DNA of 59,184 bases from Nanobdellota archaeon (lineage in GTDB: Archaea > Nanobdellota > Nanobdellia > Parvarchaeales > Parvarchaeaceae), in NCBI GenBank assembly GCA_021794235.1, contig JAJYRE010000020.1, positions 1-59,184 of the forward strand, read 5' to 3'. Both the position numbers and the translations under genes were made by a program. The notes beneath the pieces were generated by a model. The model was not told the origin of the DNA and did not search any database. It was given only the letters and a program-made list of their open reading frames with translations. This document shows, one piece after another, positions 7,877 to 16,984 of the stretch (its first letter is position 1; each line of letters opens with the position of its first letter).

Positions 7877-10285
7877 ATGGATAAGAGCACCGCAGATTCG
7901 CTCGGTGTAGATGAAATATTCAAACAGCTGGACACCAGCGATGCGGGGCTAACAGAGAAAGAAGCTTCGGACAGGCTGGTAAAATACGGCTTCAACGAGA
8001 TAGAGAGCAAAAAGCAGAGCCTTCTGGTCAAATTCGGTTCTAAATTTGTGGGTCCTATCCCCTTTATGCTCTACATAATAATAGTGATATCCGGGTTTCT
8101 GGATAAGGTTATCGATTCGTATGTAATAATCGGCCTCGTCATCTTTAACGGCATAGCGTCATTTTTGGAGGAATACAAGGCCGACAACACCCTTGAACTG
8201 TTAAAGAAAAAGCTTTCTGTAATGGTAAACGTCAGGAGGGACGGTGCATGGAAATCGCTCCCCTCCAGGCTCATAGTGCCGGGAGACATCATACGCGTAA
8301 AACTGGGAAACGTTATAGCGGCCGATGCGAAGATAGTTGAAAGTGATTACCTTTCCGTCGACCAGTCCATGCTTACAGGAGAATCCCTTCCGGTGGATAA
8401 AGAAAAGGGTGACGCGGTATTTTCGTCATCGATAGTCAGGGAGGGCGAGGCCACATGCGTCGTTATGTCCACGGGTAAGGACACCGCATTCGGGAAAACG
8501 GCCGAGCTGGTAAAGATAGCCAAGACAAAAACACACCTGGAAAGCAACGTACTGAAGATACTGAAGTATCTTATGGTACTGGATGCGGTTCTGATAGTAG
8601 CGGTGTTCATAGGATCGTTCGCATTCGGAATCGAACTGCTGTCAATAGTCCCATTTGCTCTGCTTATCCTGCTTGCTTCTGTGCCGGTCGCGCTTCCCGC
8701 CGCGTTTACGGTAGCGATGGCGTACGGTACACAGAGATTATCGGCGAAGAGTATACTCGTCACTAAACTCGAATCTATAGAGGAGGCTTCCACTATAAAC
8801 GTCGTATGCCTGGATAAGACCGGCACTATCACAAAAAATGAACTGTCTATATCGGAACCTTTCGTCTACGGGAACTCTTCGAAAAGCGACGTTTTAAAGT
8901 ACGCTGCACTCGCATCCAGAGAGGAAAACAATGACCAGATAGACCTCGCGATGATAGCGGGTGCGAAGAACGCAAAAGTGTATACCCATGGATACAGGGT
9001 TATCGGATTCAGGCCATTCGACCCGTCCACGAAGACATCCGGCGCCACACTGGAGGTCAACGGAACAGTAGAGGAGGTTATGAAGGGTTTTCCCGCATCT
9101 GTAATGGCAAAGTGCGGGCTGTCACAGGCGGCTAAGGACGATATAAACAACCAGATAAAGACGTTCGCATCCTCCGGTTTCAGGGTGCTCGGGGTTGCTC
9201 ACAGAACCGGGGGGGCCTGGGAATTCTCCGGTCTGATACCGATGAATGACAAACCCAGGGAGGACAGCGTAAAACTGATAGAAGAGTTAAAATCATTGGG
9301 CCTGAAAGTCAAGATGCTCACGGGAGACAATCAGGAAACCGCTAAAACGATAGCACGTCTGGTCGGAATAGGCGATAATATACTCAGCGTTGAGCAGCTC
9401 GATGATAAAAGCGGAAAGGAGCTGGTCTCAATGATATCAGAAGCCGATGGCTTTGCAGGGGTCTATCCGAAGGACAAATACACAATAGTAAAGGCGCTGC
9501 AGGACAGCGGATTCCATGTAGGTATGACAGGGGACGGCGTCAATGATGCGCCGGCGCTAAAGCAGGCAGAAGTTGGCATAGCGGTATCCAATGCAACCGA
9601 TGTCGCAAAGAGCGCAGCGCAGATTGTGCTTACATCCAGCGGAATAGAACCTATTGTTAATGCCGTTGAAGAGAGCCGTTCGATATTCGAAAGGATGATA
9701 ACATACACGCTGAAGAAGGTATCTAGGGTGCTTCAGACCGCTGTATTTCTCTCAGTATCGTTCCTTCTGCTCGGCTTTCTGCCAATGCGACCGATACAGC
9801 TTATACTGGCAATGTTCCTAAGCGATATTGGCAGCATAAGTCTGTCCACCGACAACGAGAAGTATTCTATTCGTCCGGATACGTGGAACATAGGCGCCAT
9901 CTTCAAAGTCGCCTTAATGTTCGGTATTTCTGCAATAATCCAGATTGCACTGGTTGCCTACATCGGTATTTTCGCCCTCGGCCTGAACAGGGGCCAGTTC
10001 CAGAGCCTTATGTTCCTTACTGTGATAGCTTCTATGGAACTTATGACGTTCTCGATGAGGGAGAGGAGAAGATTCTGGTCCTCCAGGCCCAGCTTCTTCG
10101 TAACCCTGCAGATAGTGACCGCCATAGTTCTTGCATCCGCGTTCTGTTACTTTGGCGTGCTTATGACGCCAATAAATATCTATGATATAGTTCTAGTCAT
10201 GGGAATCGGCCTGATATCCCTGTTGGGTACCGACATTGTAAAGCTGTTTTCATTCAAGAGAATAGCGGAGTTTAGCTCCATCTGA
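7877..10285 (+). CDS. P-type ATPase, plasma-membrane H+-ATPase-like (type III)
   Basis: 802 aa. Phosphorylation motif CLDKTGTITKN, TGES loop (MLTGESLPV), KMLTGDN, and hinge MTGDGVNDAPALKQAEVGIAV. The N-terminal GLTEKEASDRLVKYGFNEIE resembles PMA-type pumps. Confidence 0.9.
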   Translation: MDKSTADSLGVDEIFKQLDTSDAGLTEKEASDRLVKYGFNEIESKKQSLLVKFGSKFVGPIPFMLYIIIVISGFLDKVIDSYVIIGLVIFNGIASFLEEYKADNTLELLKKKLSVMVNVRRDGAWKSLPSRLIVPGDIIRVKLGNVIAADAKIVESDYLSVDQSMLTGESLPVDKEKGDAVFSSSIVREGEATCVVMSTGKDTAFGKTAELVKIAKTKTHLESNVLKILKYLMVLDAVLIVAVFIGSFAFGIELLSIVPFALLILLASVPVALPAAFTVAMAYGTQRLSAKSILVTKLESIEEASTINVVCLDKTGTITKNELSISEPFVYGNSSKSDVLKYAALASREENNDQIDLAMIAGAKNAKVYTHGYRVIGFRPFDPSTKTSGATLEVNGTVEEVMKGFPASVMAKCGLSQAAKDDINNQIKTFASSGFRVLGVAHRTGGAWEFSGLIPMNDKPREDSVKLIEELKSLGLKVKMLTGDNQETAKTIARLVGIGDNILSVEQLDDKSGKELVSMISEADGFAGVYPKDKYTIVKALQDSGFHVGMTGDGVNDAPALKQAEVGIAVSNATDVAKSAAQIVLTSSGIEPIVNAVEESRSIFERMITYTLKKVSRVLQTAVFLSVSFLLLGFLPMRPIQLILAMFLSDIGSISLSTDNEKYSIRPDTWNIGAIFKVALMFGISAIIQIALVAYIGIFALGLNRGQFQSLMFLTVIASMELMTFSMRERRRFWSSRPSFFVTLQIVTAIVLASAFCYFGVLMTPINIYDIVLVMGIGLISLLGTDIVKLFSFKRIAEFSSI

Positions 10286-10288
10286 CAT

Positions 10289-11068
10289 CTATCCGTCAAC
10301 GTGGTTCTCCTGCATCTTACTCTTTATGATCCTGAGTATTTTATCGGAAAAATCTTCGCTTCTTCCGTCGAGTTTTACAGCATTTACCTTTTTGTTTGAT
10401 AGCCTCACTCTGAACTTGCTACCTTTTCCAACGCTTGCTATCCCTATACCGTCGTAGCTGAGTTCACCCCTGCCTTTCTCTATCGAGACTTCTATCTGTT
10501 CGTTGCTCCTGAGGACCATGGAATTTGTGAGCGGGTTCTCTATCGACAGGAATGTAAGGCACAGTGTCTTATTGTCGAGGATTATCGGCCCGCCCGCGGT
10601 CCTGTTATACGCGGTGGATCCGACGTTCGTTGTTATCAGGAACCCGTCCCCGCTCAGGACATACGGATAAAGGCTTTTCAATTTTCCGTGCTCCCTATAA
10701 TTGAGCCTGAAGTATACCTCCTCCTGCACATTTCTTAGCAGTATCTCGTTTATCCCGAAGTATTTCTTGCCGTTGTAGGAGAGCCCGATTTTCTTGCTTA
10801 ATTCCTCCACTCTGTATCTCCGTTTTTTCAGGCTTTCAACTATAAAATCTATATCGTTCAGGCTCACATCGGCGTAGTAGCCCGTGCTCTGCTTCTCTTC
10901 ACTTCTTATCGGGAGTATAGGACAGTCAAAATCATTTGCTGCCTTTATGAACGTACCGTCTCCGCCTATGGCAAGGCATATGTCCCCCTTCTGTGAAACG
11001 TTGAATGCTCCATACAGCTTCTTGAGCTCTGGGTAATTTTTCTTAGAAACTATACTTATATTCAACAT
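10289..11068 (-). CDS. nadK: NAD+ kinase
   Basis: Intact GGDGT motif (AIGGDGTFIKAA) and C-terminal GSTAYNRTAGGPI motif. Last gene of the pncA-nadE-nadK same-strand string. Confidence 0.85.
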   Translation of the reverse strand: MLNISIVSKKNYPELKKLYGAFNVSQKGDICLAIGGDGTFIKAANDFDCPILPIRSEEKQSTGYYADVSLNDIDFIVESLKKRRYRVEELSKKIGLSYNGKKYFGINEILLRNVQEEVYFRLNYREHGKLKSLYPYVLSGDGFLITTNVGSTAYNRTAGGPIILDNKTLCLTFLSIENPLTNSMVLRSNEQIEVSIEKGRGELSYDGIGIASVGKGSKFRVRLSNKKVNAVKLDGRSEDFSDKILRIIKSKMQENHVDG

Positions 11069-11095
11069 ACCAATCTTAGCCCCCTATCTTTTTTA

Positions 11096-11929
11096 TTACT
11101 TGAGGTCTATCACACCAGGTGAAGGCGGCAGGATATTCTTGTGCATGTTCCCGTTTTTCATGCCAAGCACCCTGTCTATAGTATCGGTTCCGAGTCCTGT
11201 TGCGGCGGCTATATCTTCTCTTGTTGTTTTCTTCCCATAGTCGTTCATATAGTAGAGTATCCTGTCTATGTCCTCGTACTTCATAGACATCTCATCCTCG
11301 GCCGTCTGCCCCTTCCAGAGCTGCGGAGAAGGCAGCTTTTCTGCGACTCTCCTGTACACGTCTTCTCCCGTCTTATCTGCTATGTGCATCAGCAATGCCC
11401 TTACCTGCGTTTTGTAAAGATATTCCGGTACGTTTATGTCCACTCCACCATCCCCGTATTTTGTGAAATAACCGAGCTCGTGCTCGCTCCTGTCATCGGT
11501 TCCGGCAACCAGTCCGCTTATCTTATTGGCCTCTTTGTATAGCAGGACCATCCTCAATCTGGCTTTCAGGTTGGCATAAGCGACCCTGTTTTCCTTTTCA
11601 GTTATTTCTTTGTCGCCACTGCACACTGCATCGAGCATCGCGGTTATATCCGTCCTGATAGTCTTTATACCAAGTATCCCGGCAAGCCCCTCGGCATCGC
11701 TTACGTCATCCGCGGGACTGGAATCTTTAGTCGGCATTATCAAACCAAGTACATTCTGCCCACCAAGGGCCATCGCACAGATATACGCTGTAAGTGTAGA
11801 GTCGCTCCCGCCAGAAAGGCCTATCACTGCTCTAGTCTTTCCTGCCTTTGCGAAGTATTCTTTTACCCACCCTATTCCGTATTCTACAGCCCTGTTGTAG
11901 TCTATCTTTATTTCATCCGGTACGTTCAT
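11096..11929 (-). CDS. nadE: NH3-dependent NAD+ synthetase
   Basis: PP-loop GLSGGSDST plus FTKYGDGG. Overlaps the stop of the upstream pncA by 4 nt. Confidence 0.9.
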   Translation of the reverse strand: MNVPDEIKIDYNRAVEYGIGWVKEYFAKAGKTRAVIGLSGGSDSTLTAYICAMALGGQNVLGLIMPTKDSSPADDVSDAEGLAGILGIKTIRTDITAMLDAVCSGDKEITEKENRVAYANLKARLRMVLLYKEANKISGLVAGTDDRSEHELGYFTKYGDGGVDINVPEYLYKTQVRALLMHIADKTGEDVYRRVAEKLPSPQLWKGQTAEDEMSMKYEDIDRILYYMNDYGKKTTREDIAAATGLGTDTIDRVLGMKNGNMHKNILPPSPGVIDLK

Positions 11930-12540
11930 AATCCCTCCATCGCATTTCCACTCGTGATTATTTCGGCGGAATAATTGTTTTTCATGTAATTTATCGCGTT
12001 TTTATGGCCTTCCAGTGTCACATCAGCCGTACAGTCTTCCACTATCTTCAAATTGTACCCTCTGAAGAAGGCATCCGCCGCAGTGTGTTTTACGCATATA
12101 CCTGTTACAAGACCTGCTATGTACACGTTTTTTACGCCAAAATCCTTCAGTATCCCGTCCAGATCAGTGTTATAGAACGCGCTGTACGCCCCCTTATCGA
12201 TTCTCAGTATCCCGGAAGCGTCACCGAGTTTATAGTCCAGTTTCTGGTTTCGTTTGACGGTTATCATGCCGTTCTGGGGAAGAGAATCCAATATTTCACT
12301 CTCTTCTGTGTCAGCCATGCAGTGATAATCCCATGGCCCGCCGTTTCTTTTTAGCTCTTTGTCCGTTTCTATGTGAGCATCAGTGCAGTATATCAGCGGC
12401 ACTCCTTTTTTCACGGCTGACTCCGTCAGTTTCTCAAGCCTGCCTATTATTCCGGCAGAGTTCCCGCAGTACATATTCTTGTTAGAACCTTCTTTTGCGA
12501 ATCCGTTTATAACATCTACGACAAGCAGTGCATTTTCCAT
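11926..12540 (-). CDS. pncA: nicotinamidase / isochorismatase-family hydrolase
   Basis: MENALLVVDVINGF, YCTDAH, and IAGLVTGICVKHTAADA with the catalytic Cys context. I prefer the start at 12540 because GGAGGT lies about 7 nt upstream. The longest ORF extends to 12576. Confidence 0.8.
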   Translation of the reverse strand: MENALLVVDVINGFAKEGSNKNMYCGNSAGIIGRLEKLTESAVKKGVPLIYCTDAHIETDKELKRNGGPWDYHCMADTEESEILDSLPQNGMITVKRNQKLDYKLGDASGILRIDKGAYSAFYNTDLDGILKDFGVKNVYIAGLVTGICVKHTAADAFFRGYNLKIVEDCTADVTLEGHKNAINYMKNNYSAEIITSGNAMEGL

Positions 12541-12601
12541 TTTTTTACCTCCATACCAGTCTGAATCAGCAATCAATTAAACAGGGTTTCGTACAGGAAA
12601 G

Positions 12602-12613
12602 AATTGCGCAATT
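12602..12613. promoter_or_regulatory. perfect 12-bp palindrome AATTGCGCAATT in the pncA/pncB divergent promoter (candidate operator)
   Basis: Self-complementary by inspection. It abuts/overlaps the TATA-like attatataaa (12611..12620) that faces the pncA-nadE-nadK string. Confidence 0.45.
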
Positions 12614-12679
12614 ATATAAATGAATACAAAAATTACCTGTTCAGTCAGTATAATAACGTTCCTCCTTTCATAATAGAAT

Positions 12680-14104
12680 ATGAAACAACTCGATTCATTG
12701 CTTGAAAGCGAAGACGAAAAATCTCTTTTTGCAGACTTTTACGAGCTGTCTAGCGGCAAAGCCAACTTCGACCATTCACGAAACGATGTGATAACCGAGA
12801 CATTTTTCTTCAGGAATATACCTGAGCACCTAGGGGGCTATATGGTGGCCGCCGGTCTGGAGCAGGTTGTTGAATTCATAAAGTCGTACCGCCTGACCGA
12901 ACAGGACGCAAAATGGCTGGGGGAGAGTTCGGACGGGGCGATAAGTGAAGGGTTTATCGACTATCTAAAGAACTTCAAATTCGACGGGGACGTCTACGCC
13001 GTACCTGAAGGCACCGTTGTTTTTCCGAATGAGCCGATACTCAGCATAACCGGCAAGTCGATAGACGTGCAGCTTTTTGAAACGTATCTGTTATCCGTCA
13101 TGAACTACGAGACGATGGTAGCCACGAAGGCGTCTAGAATAGCTTATTCTGCGAGGGGAAAACCGTTCCTTGACTTCGGGGCAAGAAGGGCGCACGGCAG
13201 AGATGCGGCATTGCTCAGCTCGAGAGCCTCTTACATAGGCGGTGCCGACGGAACCTCTTTGCTCGTTGCCGCAAAAAAGCTAGGCATACCGTATTCCGGG
13301 ACAATGCCGCACAAGTTCGTGCAGGAAAGAGACTCGGAGATAGAAGCATTCAGGGAGTATGCCGAATCGTTCCCGAACAGCTCTGTCATGCTCATAGACA
13401 CCTACAACACCCTGGAAGGAGCTAGAAAAGCGTGCGAGGTCGGAAGAGAGCTTAGGATGAGGGGATACGAACTCAAGGGCGTCAGGATAGACAGCGGAGA
13501 CCTTCTTGATCTGAGCAGAAAAGTCCGTACGATACTCGACGGCGAGGGTTTTGAAAACACGAAGATAATCGTAAGCAGCGACCTTGACGAGTTCAAGATA
13601 GACTATCTTATGTCAAACGGCGCACCTATAGACAGTTTTGGAGTCGGAACCAGATTGGATACCGCTGCAAATTACGATTCGTCAAGCGGCGAAGGAGGGG
13701 TCTCTGCGCTCGGCGGTGTATTCAAGCTAGTAGAAGTCCTGAAGGAGGGAGTTATGACCCCAAGGATGAAGATAAGCAGCGACGGCCACAAAAAAACGCT
13801 TCCATACAACAAACAGGTGTACAGGAGAATCGCTGACGGCAGGATTATCGGGGACACGATAGACAGGTATGGCAGCGGAGCGTATCAGGGGGCTTTGGAA
13901 ATGCTTAAGCCTATAATTATTAATGGTTCTTTGGTGTATGACTTTCCACTTCTCAAAGAGATACAGGTATACGCCAGGGCTCAGACAGAGTCACTGGGAG
14001 ACGAATACAAACTCCTTACAAACCCGGAAAAATTCCCGGTTACGGTGGGGAGGGAAGTCCTGGACGGTGAAGAAGCATTTCTTTCCAGGCTGTCTGCTAC
14101 TTAA
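12680..14104 (+). CDS. pncB: nicotinate phosphoribosyltransferase
   Basis: 474 aa. LFADFYELS, the FGARRAHG and GTMPHKFVQ segments, and DTYNT / VRIDSGD / FGVGT are typical of the archaeal/Gram-positive type NAPRTase. Confidence 0.9.
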   Translation: MKQLDSLLESEDEKSLFADFYELSSGKANFDHSRNDVITETFFFRNIPEHLGGYMVAAGLEQVVEFIKSYRLTEQDAKWLGESSDGAISEGFIDYLKNFKFDGDVYAVPEGTVVFPNEPILSITGKSIDVQLFETYLLSVMNYETMVATKASRIAYSARGKPFLDFGARRAHGRDAALLSSRASYIGGADGTSLLVAAKKLGIPYSGTMPHKFVQERDSEIEAFREYAESFPNSSVMLIDTYNTLEGARKACEVGRELRMRGYELKGVRIDSGDLLDLSRKVRTILDGEGFENTKIIVSSDLDEFKIDYLMSNGAPIDSFGVGTRLDTAANYDSSSGEGGVSALGGVFKLVEVLKEGVMTPRMKISSDGHKKTLPYNKQVYRRIADGRIIGDTIDRYGSGAYQGALEMLKPIIINGSLVYDFPLLKEIQVYARAQTESLGDEYKLLTNPEKFPVTVGREVLDGEEAFLSRLSAT

Positions 14105-15107
14105 GATGGTATATGCTGTATCTTGCGTCCTGCAATGATCTTCGTTCCTCTATTATGTCTTTTTTCTTCAGATAGGACAGTCCGTGTCTCACAGTTCTTG
14201 CCTGCAGCGAAGAGAGTCTCACGATGTCCTTCTGCGTGAGGGGTCCTTCATATTCCAATAGTTTTATTATGAACTTTGCGGACGGCGGAGCCTTATCAAC
14301 GTCATCTATCCGAATGTCCTGCCTTTTTTTCAGTTTTTCCACAGACGATCTGCTGAATTCCTTGAATACTACGAATCTGGCCGGTTCCTCATATTTTCTT
14401 ATGAGTATCTCGTTTCCCCTCAGCCTGCTTCTGAACCTTCCGTCGCTTATCAGTTCAACTCCGAATCCGGAGTTTATGTCCTTTATCTTTATCACGCTGT
14501 TCTCGGAGAAGACCATCGGCCTTGCCTGGGTCATCGATGATATGGGAGTCAGTGCTATGACTTTGGAATCGCTGGAGATTATCGGACCTCCGGCGGATGC
14601 TGAATATCCCGTAGAACCGTTGGGGGTCGATATTATTATTCCGTCCCCTGTATCGTTGATTATCTTAATTCCGTCGACAACGATGGAATAGGAGAGTATA
14701 GACGCGCTCCTTTTGGCTGCTATTACAAGATCGTTTAGTACCGGCGGAGTGGGTTTTTCATCCACTATAATCTCTATCCTGGAACGCTCCTCTACCTCGT
14801 ACTCCAGCTTCAGGATTTTCGGGAGCATGGTCTCAAACTGTTCGACTGTCAGTTCCGGCAGGAATTCATTCATGTATGCCGACACTCCGAGGACCGGTAC
14901 GCTTATTCCATCGAGTTCCCTGAAGGTTTTCAAGATGTTCGAGCTGCTTCCCACGGATATTACCATATCTGCATCGCCCTTTTGTACGCCATGAAGGTTG
15001 GTGGATGGCCTGGCTTTGTTGCCGCTGTTTTTAATCATCTTCAGAATACGTGTCACAGCTTTTGCGCTGCTCCTGTCTGAGCCGTCTCTGGCGACTATAA
15101 ATTTCAT
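14097..15107 (-). CDS. NAD-kinase-fold protein with degenerate GGDGT motif fused to a C-terminal winged-helix DNA-binding domain (putative regulator)
   Basis: It has GSTGYSASAGGPI (the NadK C-terminal motif) and ADMVISVGSSSNILKTF where NadK carries GGDGT. The C-terminal ~65 aa (FIIKLLEYEGPLTQKDIVRLSSLQARTVRHGLSYLKKKDIIEERR..YSIYHL) reads as a classic wHTH. The 3' end overlaps pncB convergently by 8 nt. Confidence 0.7.
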   Translation of the reverse strand: MKFIVARDGSDRSSAKAVTRILKMIKNSGNKARPSTNLHGVQKGDADMVISVGSSSNILKTFRELDGISVPVLGVSAYMNEFLPELTVEQFETMLPKILKLEYEVEERSRIEIIVDEKPTPPVLNDLVIAAKRSASILSYSIVVDGIKIINDTGDGIIISTPNGSTGYSASAGGPIISSDSKVIALTPISSMTQARPMVFSENSVIKIKDINSGFGVELISDGRFRSRLRGNEILIRKYEEPARFVVFKEFSRSSVEKLKKRQDIRIDDVDKAPPSAKFIIKLLEYEGPLTQKDIVRLSSLQARTVRHGLSYLKKKDIIEERRSLQDARYSIYHLK

Positions 15108-15190
15108 AGGATTATCTATCCACCTTCCAATAAAAACTTGTGAAGTGACACGAATGGTTTTTATATATCCACTGTTCTATCATCTTTAAT

Positions 15191-16642
15191 ATGTCGGCTA
15201 TGGATTCGGGTAAGGATTACGGGCTGGATCCGTTGTATGTGGCCAAAAAGGATGTGGAAGAAGCCATATCCGCCACGAGAAGCGATGAAAAGCTTACCTC
15301 CCTCGGGAAAAGGAAAGGACTGAGGCTCGATAATATTCTTGAAAATAAGGTCGAAATAGACGGGGACTATCTGAGAGTGTCATCAAAATACGATACGTCG
15401 GATTACAGCAGGGATATTGTGTCGCTTGTCAGGGCAATGGAAAGCGTCAGGCAGTTTTCTATAACCCCCTACCCAAATTCCAAGCTTGAAATCTCATATT
15501 CCGGTGATGAGGCTTACAATCTACGTTTTTCCGATAGCAAGAGCAACAGGCTCTTTTCCATGCATATATCGAAATACTCCCAATATTCAGGCAACATGGA
15601 CAAGATTAGCCTTTATACTACAATGGAAAAGGAGTTTGCATCACGACCGGGTTATGCTAAGGAGTTTTACTCCCTCATCTCAAAAGAAGTCGTTATGGAC
15701 GGGTTGGAAAAGACATACGCAAACCTTGTGGTCGAGAATGAAGAGGATGACGATGATGATGAAGGCGGAGAACACACCCTGGAGGAGATACTGGAGAACT
15801 TTGGTCTTACAGTATACAGCGGTAACACCTCCATAAACAACATAGGCGGATACCACGATGTAAAGAGCAGGGTCGAACGTGAGATATTCACCCCATTCAT
15901 ACACGGTGATATGATAAAGGAGCTCAGAGAACTTACCAGACTGGATAAAAAGAACGACACAAGCGGTGCGATATTCTACGGGCCGCCGGGAACCGGTAAA
16001 ACCATGATGGCAAGGGCGATAGCACACGACAATGACGTAAACTTCATATACATGAGCATCTCGAAAATATACTCGCACTGGTACGGCGCTTCTTCCAAGA
16101 GAATGGAGATGGCCCTGGATCTCGTCAACACCTATGCAAAAAAGAACGGGAAGACCGTACTGTTCATAGATGAAATAGATTCGCTGGGAAACAGGCAGTC
16201 CAATTACAGCGGCGAGAGCAATAAGGTTATAAATTCGCTTCTTACAAGGCTGAGCGGCGTAAAGTCTGCCGAGAACTCGGACCTGATGTTTATAGCCTGC
16301 ACCAATCTTCTGGATCAGATTGATCAGGCCCTGCTTTCAAGGTTCAAGACAAGGATATACTTCAGAGCACCGAACAAGGATGATAGACGATCCATAATAG
16401 CAACCTACGCAAAGACATTAAACAGCGAGGAAATGGAGAGATTCGCGGCAAAGACCGAAGGCCTGACAGGGAGGGACATAGAGGCGATAGCATCCATCGC
16501 CGAAGAGAACCATATATTTGACATAGCCGGGGCGAAGATGCCGCTGACTGCACCGGATATCAGCGATTACATAAAGGCGGCTGAACTATTCACATCGAGT
16601 GCAAAAGAGGCTAACGCGAAGTCAAGCGGACTTTACAGTTGA
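15191..16642 (+). CDS. AAA+ ATPase (classic clade, single AAA module) with novel N-terminal domain
   Basis: Walker A FYGPPGTGKTMMARAIA, Walker B VLFIDEIDS, second region of homology TNLLDQIDQALLSRF. An acidic linker EEDDDDDEGGE separates an unassigned ~200-aa N-domain. Confidence 0.85.
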   Translation: MSAMDSGKDYGLDPLYVAKKDVEEAISATRSDEKLTSLGKRKGLRLDNILENKVEIDGDYLRVSSKYDTSDYSRDIVSLVRAMESVRQFSITPYPNSKLEISYSGDEAYNLRFSDSKSNRLFSMHISKYSQYSGNMDKISLYTTMEKEFASRPGYAKEFYSLISKEVVMDGLEKTYANLVVENEEDDDDDEGGEHTLEEILENFGLTVYSGNTSINNIGGYHDVKSRVEREIFTPFIHGDMIKELRELTRLDKKNDTSGAIFYGPPGTGKTMMARAIAHDNDVNFIYMSISKIYSHWYGASSKRMEMALDLVNTYAKKNGKTVLFIDEIDSLGNRQSNYSGESNKVINSLLTRLSGVKSAENSDLMFIACTNLLDQIDQALLSRFKTRIYFRAPNKDDRRSIIATYAKTLNSEEMERFAAKTEGLTGRDIEAIASIAEENHIFDIAGAKMPLTAPDISDYIKAAELFTSSAKEANAKSSGLYS

Positions 16643-16687
16643 AGCAGCCGGGCTAAAGCTTATATACGCGCATACTTAGGTTATTGA

Positions 16688-16915
16688 ATGAAAGCCAGTA
16701 TTGTAGTCCTGGGAATATTGGTGATGCTGATAGCCGTCATTTTGAATCTTACTGTATTCGGTCTGCTTTTGGAGCTGCCTATCGGTGTGATAGGCTTCTT
16801 AATATTCCTCATAGGCCTTGCAATGCACGGAAGGCATCATGGCAGCAGGAAAGACGTAGTCATTAAAAGCAGCGTCCAGCCTAAGGAACACGGACGCCGC
16901 TGGCACCGCGGATGA
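16688..16915 (+). CDS. small two-TM membrane protein
   Basis: 75 aa with two hydrophobic spans and a basic C-terminal tail. No family. Confidence 0.4.
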   Translation: MKASIVVLGILVMLIAVILNLTVFGLLLELPIGVIGFLIFLIGLAMHGRHHGSRKDVVIKSSVQPKEHGRRWHRG

Positions 16916-16984
16916 TCATCCGACAGCCGTATAAAGATATTTTAATGTTTAGAACATCATAAATCTATAATTTAATCACAATCA

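Noticed and set aside
15738-15772. GAA/GAT-rich run (EEDDDDDEGGE) as a possible microsatellite or slippage site.
   Set aside because: It is an imperfect codon mixture encoding an acidic linker between domains of the AAA+ protein, not a true tandem repeat.
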